Shown: positions 55,308 to 63,806, counted from the stretch's first letter. The stretch: DNA of 64,000 nucleotides from Pseudomonadota bacterium (GCA_018970485.1 JAGWWH010000002.1:2465-66464), one strand, 5' to 3'. Program-made: numbers and translations. Notes: generated by a model from the letters alone, not told the origin.

Positions 55308-56426
55308 TTACTTAAGTTTCAGGAACAGAAAATAGTCGGTTAAAGCCAACTGTAATTTGACGAATTTTTTACGCAGAGAATTTTTAATTCTTTGGAAAAA
55401 ATTCTTTTTCTTCACGATTAAAAAATCTGGATTTAGCGCTAAAAAGTGATCCCAGTTTTTTAAAGAGATCATCTCTTTCTTGCTGTATTTACCTGCATCT
55501 GCAGCGACAATCTCAGAAATTAAATTGTAAATATTATACTTATCCATCACCAAATCTTTCGCCTGCAAAATTTTCTCTTTTGATTTTTCGTAAGTGTTTT
55601 CAGCGATCACTTTTTCGATTATCGCAAAAGCAGTTTTTGGATATCTGATATCAATTTGCGTGAGCATTTCGCGATCGAAATATTCATGAATGTTCGGCGC
55701 GCCGTAGTAGATGGGATAGGCTCCCGCCATGAAAGCATCGGCAAGTTTTTCCGTCCAATAATCGTTGGAACTACTGTTTTCTAGTGAGAGGTGATATTTG
55801 TAAGGCGCGATGCCGTCCCATTTATTTGGCATGTCGCGAACTCCAGCGCCAAACCAATCTAGTTTATCTTTGAAGTGATTCTTGGCCTGAGTGCAAAATT
55901 CTAGGCGAGCTTTGTGTCCAAGAATGCAAACTTTATTTGAACAAAAAACCGAAAGTAGTTTTGGCTTTTCATAGTCACGCATCTTTTTGAAGTCATCGTA
56001 ACCAAAACCTTCGCCTTTCCACTTATTGAAATCTTCACCACTTTTAATCGGATGTCCGGCATCAACCCACCAATTCATCGGTGAATGAGCCTTGTAAACT
56101 CTAGGATGCTTGGCCTTAGCGTGCGAAACGTAAAGGCGATAAAATTGATTGATGAAAGGCGTGAGAGAATCGTAGCGAATTATTTCTGGCGGCTCGCAAG
56201 CCATGAAAATCACGTTTTCTTTCGGGCAAAGACAAGTTTCGTGAGCAAAACTTTCGCCAATAATTATCCAATAATCTGCTTCGGTGATTGAGGCATCGTT
56301 GTAAAAAAATTCGCAGTTTTTCCAAATATTTCCGCGGCCCGGCAGGAATTTATTTATTAACGGATTGGAGTGATCCGGCGCTGCAATTGTCGTGTTTCCG
56401 CAACTAATTTTTACTCTGACTGTCAT
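55308..56426 (-). CDS. glycosyltransferase family 10-like (fucosyltransferase-type)
   Basis: 372 aa. The sequence FCSNKV...YKYHLSLENSSSNDYWTEKLADAFMAGAYPIYYG matches the GT10 motifs (YKF.L.FEN...Y.TEK... P.Y.G) as in Helicobacter FutA (from memory). Confidence 0.65.
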   Translation of the reverse strand: MTVRVKISCGNTTIAAPDHSNPLINKFLPGRGNIWKNCEFFYNDASITEADYWIIIGESFAHETCLCPKENVIFMACEPPEIIRYDSLTPFINQFYRLYVSHAKAKHPRVYKAHSPMNWWVDAGHPIKSGEDFNKWKGEGFGYDDFKKMRDYEKPKLLSVFCSNKVCILGHKARLEFCTQAKNHFKDKLDWFGAGVRDMPNKWDGIAPYKYHLSLENSSSNDYWTEKLADAFMAGAYPIYYGAPNIHEYFDREMLTQIDIRYPKTAFAIIEKVIAENTYEKSKEKILQAKDLVMDKYNIYNLISEIVAADAGKYSKKEMISLKNWDHFLALNPDFLIVKKKNFFQRIKNSLRKKFVKLQLALTDYFLFLKLK

Positions 56427-57265
56427 TATTTACCGAATCTTTTTTGTAATTTTTTCTTGGCTTTTTGTACTAAAAAAAATTTACCAAATAAGCCATAGCC
56501 CCTAGAGCTACATTGCTTCAAAATATCAAGCTGATCTTGCTGCATCTCCTTTCTTGAGGATGAAATTTTATTCTCAGAATTTCCTAAAGACTTTTGCCAA
56601 GCTTTAACTTGCTCTTCTTCAGACAATTCTATTTTTGTCTGACGCCAGTTGTAAATCGAGCGCGGCGAATAAATTAATTTTCCCTCACGCGCCATGTTGC
56701 AGATGAAAACGTGATCATTGCCAATCATCGCTTTCATCGGATATTTTTGCGCAACTTTAGTACAAAAAATTCCAAAAAGTGCCGAGACTTCATGAAGGTG
56801 CGCGATCAAGCAATATACGCGCTCTGCCGCATAATCAGAAGTTAGGCGATTAGCGTACCAAAAATCATAAGTTCCGATTTCAACATCATCATTATCAATC
56901 GCGCGTGAAGCGGGATAACAACCAACGGCATCACTATTTTCAAGGATGTGTAGCATGTGTTTGGTGTAACCTTCGTCCAAATAATCGTGACCACCCATCC
57001 ACATAAAATATTTGGTTTTCGCTTCCTTGAGTAGGAAATTAAAATTCACCGTTCCGCCCACATTTTCAGCATGTCGGATGTAAACTAAGTTTGAATATTT
57101 CTGCGCCAATTCTTCACAAATTTTCTGCGTATCGTCAGTTGAAGCATTGTCAGAAACGATCACGCATCCTGCTTGATCGATGCAAGATTCTATCGTTTTA
57201 CGAATATACTTGGACTCGTTATAAGCAGGAATACCAATGGTTAGTAGGTTTTTGTAATATTTCAT
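56426..57265 (-). CDS. glycosyltransferase family 2
   Basis: 279 aa. Pattern: LTIGIPAYNESKYIRKTIESCIDQ...VIVSDNASTDDT. Confidence 0.75.
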   Translation of the reverse strand: MKYYKNLLTIGIPAYNESKYIRKTIESCIDQAGCVIVSDNASTDDTQKICEELAQKYSNLVYIRHAENVGGTVNFNFLLKEAKTKYFMWMGGHDYLDEGYTKHMLHILENSDAVGCYPASRAIDNDDVEIGTYDFWYANRLTSDYAAERVYCLIAHLHEVSALFGIFCTKVAQKYPMKAMIGNDHVFICNMAREGKLIYSPRSIYNWRQTKIELSEEEQVKAWQKSLGNSENKISSSRKEMQQDQLDILKQCSSRGYGLFGKFFLVQKAKKKLQKRFGK

Positions 57266-57266
57266 T

Positions 57267-58313
57267 TCACGCTATGAATTTTCTGATTTGTTCGACGGTA
57301 AAATTCTTCACATTAGTTTTGTTTTTGAGGTAATTTCCGTACCAACGAGCCGTCCATTCAAGTGTTTCTTCGAAAGATAATTTTGGCTGCCAGTTAAGTT
57401 CTTTTGTGGCGAGAGAGTGGTTTAGTTTTAGGATTCCCGCTTCGTGTAGAGTGGCATCAGCTGCAATTTCGTAAGCTCCGATGCCGATTTTTTCGATTAA
57501 AGTTTTCGTCAGAATTTCAACATTTTGCTCCGCATCTTTATTGGGACCGAAGTTGTAAGCCTTCGCAAAATCCTCACCTTTTTCGTAAAGATTTTTTGTC
57601 AGTAATAAATATCCGTAAAGCGGCTCAAGCACGTGCTGCCAAGGTCTGATTGCATTTGGTGAGCGCAATCTAACTTTCTCACCCGCACGAATTGCGCGAA
57701 AAATATCGGGAATAATTCGATCCACAGAAAAATCTCCGCCGCCAATCACGTTGCCGGCGCGGGCTGAAGCGAGGTGGATTCCTTCTTTTTGAAAAAATGA
57801 ACGACGGTAAGAAGAGGTTAGAATTTCTGCGCAAGCCTTGCTCGATGAATAAGGATCGTAGCCTCCGAGCGCGTCGTCTTCTTGGTAGGCGTAATCAATC
57901 TCGCGATTTTCGTAACATTTGTCGGTGGTAATATTTGTGATCACCTTCACCGAGCCCGCTTGGCGCGCCGCTTCAAAGACATTGAGCGTGCCAATTACGT
58001 TAGTTTCGTAAGTTTTTCTCGGATCAAAATAAGAGTCGCGAACCAATGGCTGCGCCGCTAAATGCAAAATGATTTCTGGCTGAAAATTTTTTACCGCTGA
58101 TGCGATTTCGTCAGAATTTCTAATGTCGCCGATTATTGATTTTTCCAATCCCGACGCAACTTCGGCCGAGTTAAATAAACTTTCTTCATCTGCCTTTAGC
58201 GAAAATCCCACCACGCTTGCACCCATCATTGTCAACCACATCGCAAGCCAAGAGCCTTTGAATCCAGTGTGTCCGGTAAGGAATATTTTTTTGCCAGAGT
58301 AAAAGTTTTTCAT
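57267..58313 (-). CDS. rfbG: CDP-glucose 4,6-dehydratase
   Basis: 348 aa. The N-terminus KKIFLTGHTGFKGSWLAMWLTMMGASVVGFSL is the RfbG/DdhB signature, and YSSSK provides YxxxK. Confidence 0.9.
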   Translation of the reverse strand: MKNFYSGKKIFLTGHTGFKGSWLAMWLTMMGASVVGFSLKADEESLFNSAEVASGLEKSIIGDIRNSDEIASAVKNFQPEIILHLAAQPLVRDSYFDPRKTYETNVIGTLNVFEAARQAGSVKVITNITTDKCYENREIDYAYQEDDALGGYDPYSSSKACAEILTSSYRRSFFQKEGIHLASARAGNVIGGGDFSVDRIIPDIFRAIRAGEKVRLRSPNAIRPWQHVLEPLYGYLLLTKNLYEKGEDFAKAYNFGPNKDAEQNVEILTKTLIEKIGIGAYEIAADATLHEAGILKLNHSLATKELNWQPKLSFEETLEWTARWYGNYLKNKTNVKNFTVEQIRKFIA

Positions 58314-59119
58314 TTAAAAACTTTTCTTAAGTAACTGATTGTTGGCCTCTCAACAAAAAGATGATTCGCTACCGAGATCGCAATGATCGCAGCGATTAAA
58401 ACAAGATACCAAAAGGCATTAATCACCCAAAGATCACTGTCGGTAAATCCATGCAAAAATCTTCCTAACTTGGTTAGAAGTGGCTGATGCAGTAAATACA
58501 GAGAGTAAGAGGCTTCACCAAGCAAAATCATTGAGGGTGGGATTTTTAATTTTAAATCCAGCTCGGCAATTCCGTTGCGAAAAAATAAGCAGAGAAAGGC
58601 GCCAAAACAAAATTCGTAGTTGTAAGCGGAAAGAAAAACGCTGTCGCTCTGACGAAAGAATGTAGCAAGACAAAATAGAAAAATTCCGAAGTAAAATTTC
58701 CGTCCAAAGATCAACATTGAGAGCGCGAAAATTAGGTAAAACCAAATCTCATAACTTAATGTCCAGGCGACATCTAGAATCATTTCCCTTCTATGCTCCG
58801 GCTCTGGTGACAAAAAAAGAAGATCGCCAGCAATATCAAAATTTGCGAGGCCATGCACAAGTATTCCAACAATTAAGCACTCGATGTAAATCGGATAAAT
58901 CCTAATAAATCTCTTGATAAAAAACCGCCTGACCGGCTCCACTTTATCGTGATGCAGATGAGCCATGATGAAGCCACTAATCACGAAAAATATATCGACC
59001 CCATACACACCAGTCTTGGTTTCTATCGGAATAAAATAATCGCCGATGTGAACAACGAGAACCATGAGCGCGGCAACAGCACGGAAAAATTGGATCAAAT
59101 TTATCTTTTTAACTTCCAT
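58310..59119 (-). CDS. acyltransferase family 3 (O-acetyltransferase)
   Basis: 269 aa, polytopic. Motifs are FRAVAALMVLVVH, GVDIFFVISGF, RIYPIY, WTLSYEIWFY and EASYSLYLLH. Confidence 0.8.
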   Translation of the reverse strand: MEVKKINLIQFFRAVAALMVLVVHIGDYFIPIETKTGVYGVDIFFVISGFIMAHLHHDKVEPVRRFFIKRFIRIYPIYIECLIVGILVHGLANFDIAGDLLFLSPEPEHRREMILDVAWTLSYEIWFYLIFALSMLIFGRKFYFGIFLFCLATFFRQSDSVFLSAYNYEFCFGAFLCLFFRNGIAELDLKLKIPPSMILLGEASYSLYLLHQPLLTKLGRFLHGFTDSDLWVINAFWYLVLIAAIIAISVANHLFVERPTISYLRKVFK

Positions 59120-59833
59120 CTAATTTACTCCGATTTCTCGCAAGAACGCCTTGTCCAAACTATCTTCATTGTGCTTTTTCTTGAAGCCTTGCGGACTGCC
59201 GCAGTAAGAGATTTGGGTATTGTTTAAAATTGCGATTGAGTCGCAAATCTCGTCCATGTCGGACAAAATGTGAGAGCTGAAAAAGACGGTTTTTCCGGAA
59301 TTTTTGTAGGCGATTAATTCGCGCTTCAAGGCAATTCGGGCTTTGGGATCAAGGCCGGACATGGGCTCGTCCAAAATTACCAAATCAGCTTCTGACAAAA
59401 ACACGGCGAGAAGCCCTAATTTCTGCGTCATTCCTTTTGAGTAGCCGCTGATTTTTTGCTTCAAAACCTCAAACCTTAAATCGAGATTTTCGCAGAGTTG
59501 ACGAGCTTTCGCGGCGTCATATTTTTTGCCGTAAAAATCCAAAACGAATTTCAAAAACTCTTCGCCTTTTTGATGAACCGACGGGTGAAATTTTTCCGGC
59601 AAATAGCAAACACGCTTACGCGCTTCCGGTAAAACTCGCGACACGCCGAAAATCTCAACTTCGCCATTATCTTGATCGAGCAGATCTAAAATAATTTTGA
59701 TTAGCGTAGTTTTGCCCTGCCCGTTCAAGCCAATAAAACCAAAAATTTCATTCGGATTTACGTCGAAGCTAACCTTGTTGAGCACAGGCTGCGCAAAGGT
59801 TTTAGAGATTTCGGAAATTTTTAGAGGAATCAT
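59120..59833 (-). CDS. ABC transporter ATP-binding protein (ABC-2 type), no cognate permease adjacent
   Basis: 237 aa. It has Walker A GLNGQGKTT, signature-like SGYSKGMTQK and Walker B LVILDEP. Confidence 0.8.
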   Translation of the reverse strand: MIPLKISEISKTFAQPVLNKVSFDVNPNEIFGFIGLNGQGKTTLIKIILDLLDQDNGEVEIFGVSRVLPEARKRVCYLPEKFHPSVHQKGEEFLKFVLDFYGKKYDAAKARQLCENLDLRFEVLKQKISGYSKGMTQKLGLLAVFLSEADLVILDEPMSGLDPKARIALKRELIAYKNSGKTVFFSSHILSDMDEICDSIAILNNTQISYCGSPQGFKKKHNEDSLDKAFLREIGVN

Positions 59834-59865
59834 TTGGTTGGAAAATTTAATAATTACTTTGGTTT

Positions 59866-59951
59866 GTCATCCCCGCGAAGGCGGGGATCCAGAATAACGC
59901 GCTCTGAGTAAGTGAATGATCCTCCTGGATTCCCGCCTACGCGGGAATGAC
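59866..59951. repeat. family-A palindromic repeat, full copy (86 bp)
   Basis: GTCATCCCCGCGAAGGCGGGGATCCAG - spacer - CTGGATTCCCGCCTACGCGGGAATGAC. It lies between aroQ and the ABC ATPase gene at the right edge of the glycan locus. Confidence 0.9.
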
Positions 59952-59972
59952 ACTGAAAGATCGAGACAAAAC

Positions 59973-60404
59973 TTAAATCATGTTATTAATCGCCAGCAGA
60001 GAAATCGAATATCCCTGCACGCCAAGCCCTGAAATCACGGCGTCAACCACTTCACTTAGGAAAGAGTGCTGACGGAATTCTTCTCGCTTAAAAATGTTAG
60101 AAATATGCAATTCGATTTTTGGTTTAGGAAACATTTCCAAAGCGTCACGAATTGCTACAGAAGTGTGAGTGTAAGCGGCGGCGTTAATGATTATTCCGTC
60201 GCAACTATCGATCGCATTTTGAATCGCCTCGACCAAATCGCCTTCGTTATTTGATTGCTGAAAATCGATTTCCACGCCGAGCTCATTTGCCAATTTTTTA
60301 CAATCAGCAGAAATTTGATCGAGGGAAGAAACCCCGTAAATCACCTGATCACGCTTGTGTAGAAGGTTTAGATTTGGGCCATTTAGGATTAGAATTTTTT
60401 TCAT
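59973..60404 (-). CDS. aroQ: type II 3-dehydroquinate dehydratase
   Basis: 143 aa. Motifs are ILNGPNLNLL, QSNNEGDLVEAIQ, INAAAYTHTSVAIRDAL and ELHISNIFKREEFR. Confidence 0.9.
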   Translation of the reverse strand: MKKILILNGPNLNLLHKRDQVIYGVSSLDQISADCKKLANELGVEIDFQQSNNEGDLVEAIQNAIDSCDGIIINAAAYTHTSVAIRDALEMFPKPKIELHISNIFKREEFRQHSFLSEVVDAVISGLGVQGYSISLLAINNMI

Positions 60405-60408
60405 TTGA

Positions 60409-60678
60409 TTATTTTTTGTAATGAAAACGACATTGATGAATAATTATTTGATCCTCAATTAACTCGTAAACCAAGCGATGTTCAGAGGTAATGCGCCTAG
60501 ACCATTTACCGTTTAAGCTGTAACGCAACATTTCTGGCTTCCCCATTCCAGTAAATGGGTTGCCCAAAATATCTTCTAAGAGCAGTTTAATTCTGCGATA
60601 AATCACCTGATCTCTTTCTTTAAAAAAAGAAATGTCTTCGGCAGCATTTTTGGTATATTTGATCTGATATTTATTCAT
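60409..60678 (-). CDS. yoeB: YoeB/Txe-family toxin (mRNA interferase)
   Basis: 89 aa. NPFTGMGKPEMLRYSLNGKWSRRITSEHRLVYEL...CRFHY is nearly canonical YoeB. Confidence 0.9.
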   Translation of the reverse strand: MNKYQIKYTKNAAEDISFFKERDQVIYRRIKLLLEDILGNPFTGMGKPEMLRYSLNGKWSRRITSEHRLVYELIEDQIIIHQCRFHYKK

Positions 60679-60922
60679 CCCACTTCACTTCAACAAACTC
60701 TCCAGCCTTAGCCTGTTTAAATGAATCATCGAGTCGGCTCACATTTTCCTGATTAGAAAGTAGATGTAGAGTGGTTTGAATCGCTTCAAAATCCGCTTCG
60801 GAAATAATTACCACCGACTCGTGTCCACCACGAGTAACGTGTAAAATCTCACGGTCTCTTACAACCTGATCAATTACCTTGTTAAGATTTTGACGAAGTA
60901 GCTCGTCGCTAATGATTTGCAT
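60671..60922 (-). CDS. yefM: Phd/YefM-family antitoxin
   Basis: 83 aa from ATG 60922. ...VIDQVVRDREILHVTRGGHESVVIISEADFEAIQTTLHLLS is the YefM fold pattern. It overlaps yoeB by 8 nt and the pssA 3' end by 14 nt. Confidence 0.8.
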   Translation of the reverse strand: MQIISDELLRQNLNKVIDQVVRDREILHVTRGGHESVVIISEADFEAIQTTLHLLSNQENVSRLDDSFKQAKAGEFVEVKWDE

Positions 60923-61709
60923 TTCGCCCCTTGTTTTTTGCTGAAAGCTCAATTTTTACGTAAAGGAAAATAGTCACTGGAATTGAGAGTCCGTAAATAA
61001 CTCCAAGTGCCGCAAGTGCGATCCACGGCTTAACGATCAGGCCAATAATGAATGAACCTAAAATGAGTAAAGTTAGGTAGGCGTATTCATTTCTGATTGG
61101 AATTTTTTTGATTGAAATTGTTGGGATGCGGCTTGCCATCAGAACTGCTAAGGCCCCGACGTAATTAATTACTAAAATCGGATTGGAATAAAAACCTACG
61201 CCAAACTCGTAAAATAAAACCATTGGCAACATTGCCATTGCTGCGCCGACTGGGGCTGGAATGCCTTTGAAGAAATATTTTTCTAAAGTTGGATTCGGCG
61301 CTTCACGAGTTAAATCAACGTTAAAACGCGCCAAACGAATCGCGCCGCAAACCGCGAAAAATAAGACCAAGGCCCAGCTCAAACCGCGAAAATCTTCGTA
61401 AGAATTAACCCAAGCGTAAATCACAAAACCCGGCGCAACGCCAAAATTTACGAAATCAACAAGCGAATCTAGTTGCGCACCAAAATCTGAAGAGGAGTTA
61501 AAAAAACGCGCCAAACGCCCATCCACGCCGTCCATAAAACCAGCAAGAAGTAAAAAAGCTGAGGCCTGAACAAAATTGCCGCGCGTTGAAGCAAGAATTG
61601 CGGTTAGAGCAATACAAAGACTGGTAAGAGTTACGAGATTTGGCAGTAAACGAAATAGCGGGAAACATCCACCCTCGTCTTGTCGGATACGTTGAATAAT
61701 TTTAGGCAT
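60909..61709 (-). CDS. pssA: CDP-diacylglycerol--serine O-phosphatidyltransferase
   Basis: 266 aa, polytopic, with the CDP-alcohol phosphatidyltransferase motif DGVDGRLARFFNSSSDFGAQLDSLVD. Confidence 0.85.
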   Translation of the reverse strand: MPKIIQRIRQDEGGCFPLFRLLPNLVTLTSLCIALTAILASTRGNFVQASAFLLLAGFMDGVDGRLARFFNSSSDFGAQLDSLVDFVNFGVAPGFVIYAWVNSYEDFRGLSWALVLFFAVCGAIRLARFNVDLTREAPNPTLEKYFFKGIPAPVGAAMAMLPMVLFYEFGVGFYSNPILVINYVGALAVLMASRIPTISIKKIPIRNEYAYLTLLILGSFIIGLIVKPWIALAALGVIYGLSIPVTIFLYVKIELSAKNKGRNANH

Positions 61710-61790
61710 TTTTGATTTTTGATTTTTGATTTTCGATCTGGAGTATTCGCCAACCTAAATCCCAAATCTCAAATCAAAAATCAAAAAATA

Positions 61791-63653
61791 ATGTCTAAAA
61801 AGGACCTCGCAAATTGCCTGCGCTTTTTGTCAATTGATGCTGTCGAACGCGCTAACTCTGGGCATCCCGGAATGCCAATGGGAATGGCCGACGTCGCCAC
61901 TGTTCTCTTCACCGAGTTTCTGAAATTCGATCCGAAGAATCCAAAATGGCCGAATCGCGACCGTTTCGTTCTCTCCGCCGGACACGGTTCAATGCTGATT
62001 TATTCACTACTTCACTTGACTGGTTACGAAGACGTAACTCTCGAAGATTTAAAAAATTTCCGCCAACTCAACGCCAAATGCGCCGGACATCCCGAGCACG
62101 GACATCTCGCTGGAATTGAAACCACCACCGGCCCACTCGGACAAGGAATCGCTACCGCGGTTGGTTTTGCAATCGCTGAAAGAATGGCGAATTTGGACCA
62201 CAAAACTTACGCACTCGTAGGCGACGGCTGCTTAATGGAAGGCATTTCGCAAGAAGCAATTTCTCTCGCTGGGCACTTGAATTTGAGCAAGCTGGTCGTG
62301 CTTTGGGACAATAATTCAATTTCAATCGACGGCCAAACTTCTCTCGCCACTTCTGAAAATATGAAAATGCGTTTTGAAGCTTGTGGCTTTGACGTGATTC
62401 AAATTGACGGACACAATTTCGACGAAATCAGCACTGCTTTGAAAAAAGCCCAAAGCGCCACCCGCCCTACTCTCATCGATTGCAAAACTACAATCGGCTT
62501 TGGCTCTCCCGCAAAAGCCGGCACTGAAAAATGCCACGGCTCACCGCTCGGCGCTGAAGAAGTTAAAAAGACGAGAGAGGCTTTAGGCTGGAATCACGAA
62601 GCTTTTGTAATCCCTGCAGATCTTAGAGCTGAATGGTTAAAAGCTGGATCTCGCACTAAATCCACCCCCCAAGAAACAGCGAATAACCAACAACTAACAA
62701 CGAAATTCGACTTCCCAAAATCCAAACAAGCGACCCGCAAATCTTCCCAACAAGTGTTGGAATTTCTAACTGGCCAACTTCCAAATCTCGTTGGCGGATC
62801 TGCCGATTTAACCGGATCAGTCCTCACCAAAACCTCACACACTAAATCAATTTCCAAAGACGATTTTTCCGGCCGCTACATTCACTACGGCGTACGCGAA
62901 CACGCAATGGGAGCAATAATGAACGGCATTGCGCTGCACAGTAATTTTATTCCCTACGGCGGAACATTCTTAGTTTTTGCCGATTACATGAAACCCGCAA
63001 TCCGCCTCGCCGCATTAATGCAGCAGCAAGTGCTTTACATCTTCACTCACGATTCAATCGGGCTTGGTGAAGACGGCCCAACGCACCAGCCAATCGAGCA
63101 TTTGGCAATGTTGCGCGGAATCCCAAACCTCAACGTTTTGCGTCCAGCGGATTCCGAAGAAACTTGGCAATGTTTTGAAATGGCTCTCGCCGCCAAAAAA
63201 ACTCCGTCAGCACTAGTTTTAAGCAGACAAGATTTACCATTTTTAGCGAAGGAAAAAAGTTTAGCGAACCGCGGCGGATACGTGCTCGCAGACGTTGCTA
63301 ATCCTGACGTCGTAATTATTGCCACTGGCTCAGAAGTCTCGATTGCCGTGGCAGCGCAAGAAAAGTTACAAGCACAGCAAATCAAGGCTCGCGTGGTTTC
63401 AATGCCGTGCTTCGAAATTTTCGAACAACAAGACGAAGCTTACAAAAATGAAGTTTTAGGCGCGAAAAATATTTTACGCGTCGGCGTTGAGGCCGCAATT
63501 TCTCAAGGTTGGGAAAAATATTTAGGCCTCGACGGAATTTTTGTCGGAATGAAATCTTTCGGCGCCTCGGCAAAAGCTGAAGATTTGTACAAATATTTCG
63601 GAATCACTGCTGACGAAATTTGTGAGCAAGTAGTGAAAAAATTACGTAACTAG
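61791..63653 (+). CDS. tkt: transketolase
   Basis: 620 aa from ATG 61791; the track start at 61719 is TTG in a low-complexity leader. Motifs are SGHPGMPMG, GPLGQGIATAVG, GDGCLMEGIS, THDSIGLGEDGPTHQP and LRPADS. Confidence 0.95.
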   Translation: MSKKDLANCLRFLSIDAVERANSGHPGMPMGMADVATVLFTEFLKFDPKNPKWPNRDRFVLSAGHGSMLIYSLLHLTGYEDVTLEDLKNFRQLNAKCAGHPEHGHLAGIETTTGPLGQGIATAVGFAIAERMANLDHKTYALVGDGCLMEGISQEAISLAGHLNLSKLVVLWDNNSISIDGQTSLATSENMKMRFEACGFDVIQIDGHNFDEISTALKKAQSATRPTLIDCKTTIGFGSPAKAGTEKCHGSPLGAEEVKKTREALGWNHEAFVIPADLRAEWLKAGSRTKSTPQETANNQQLTTKFDFPKSKQATRKSSQQVLEFLTGQLPNLVGGSADLTGSVLTKTSHTKSISKDDFSGRYIHYGVREHAMGAIMNGIALHSNFIPYGGTFLVFADYMKPAIRLAALMQQQVLYIFTHDSIGLGEDGPTHQPIEHLAMLRGIPNLNVLRPADSEETWQCFEMALAAKKTPSALVLSRQDLPFLAKEKSLANRGGYVLADVANPDVVIIATGSEVSIAVAAQEKLQAQQIKARVVSMPCFEIFEQQDEAYKNEVLGAKNILRVGVEAAISQGWEKYLGLDGIFVGMKSFGASAKAEDLYKYFGITADEICEQVVKKLRN

Positions 63654-63657
63654 AGTT

Positions 63658-63740
63658 GTCGTCTCCGCGAAGGCGGAGATCCAAGAAAGTTTCAACACAC
63701 TCGGCAAGATTTCCTCGATTCCCGCCTTTGCGGGAATGAC
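63658..63740. repeat. family-A palindromic repeat, diverged full copy (83 bp)
   Basis: GTCGTCTCCGCGAAGGCGGAGATCCAAG - spacer - CTCGATTCCCGCCTTTGCGGGAATGAC. It starts 5 nt after the tkt stop. Confidence 0.85.
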
Positions 63741-63780
63741 GATTGAGAAATTTTTCTCAAAGAAAACAGCGCAAAAAACT

Positions 63781-63806
63781 GAATTTTCGACTCGAGTCGA
63801 AAATTC
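63781..63806. repeat. perfect 26-bp palindrome GAATTTTCGACTCGAGTCGAAAATTC
   Basis: The reverse complement is identical by hand check. It lies 66 nt upstream of the ATG at 63872, with a related copy at 29784-29809. Confidence 0.9.

Noticed and set aside
46441-63740. Family-A repeats as a CRISPR array.
   Set aside because: The copies are kilobases apart and each unit is a two-armed palindrome rather than a direct repeat with unique spacers. No cas genes are present.
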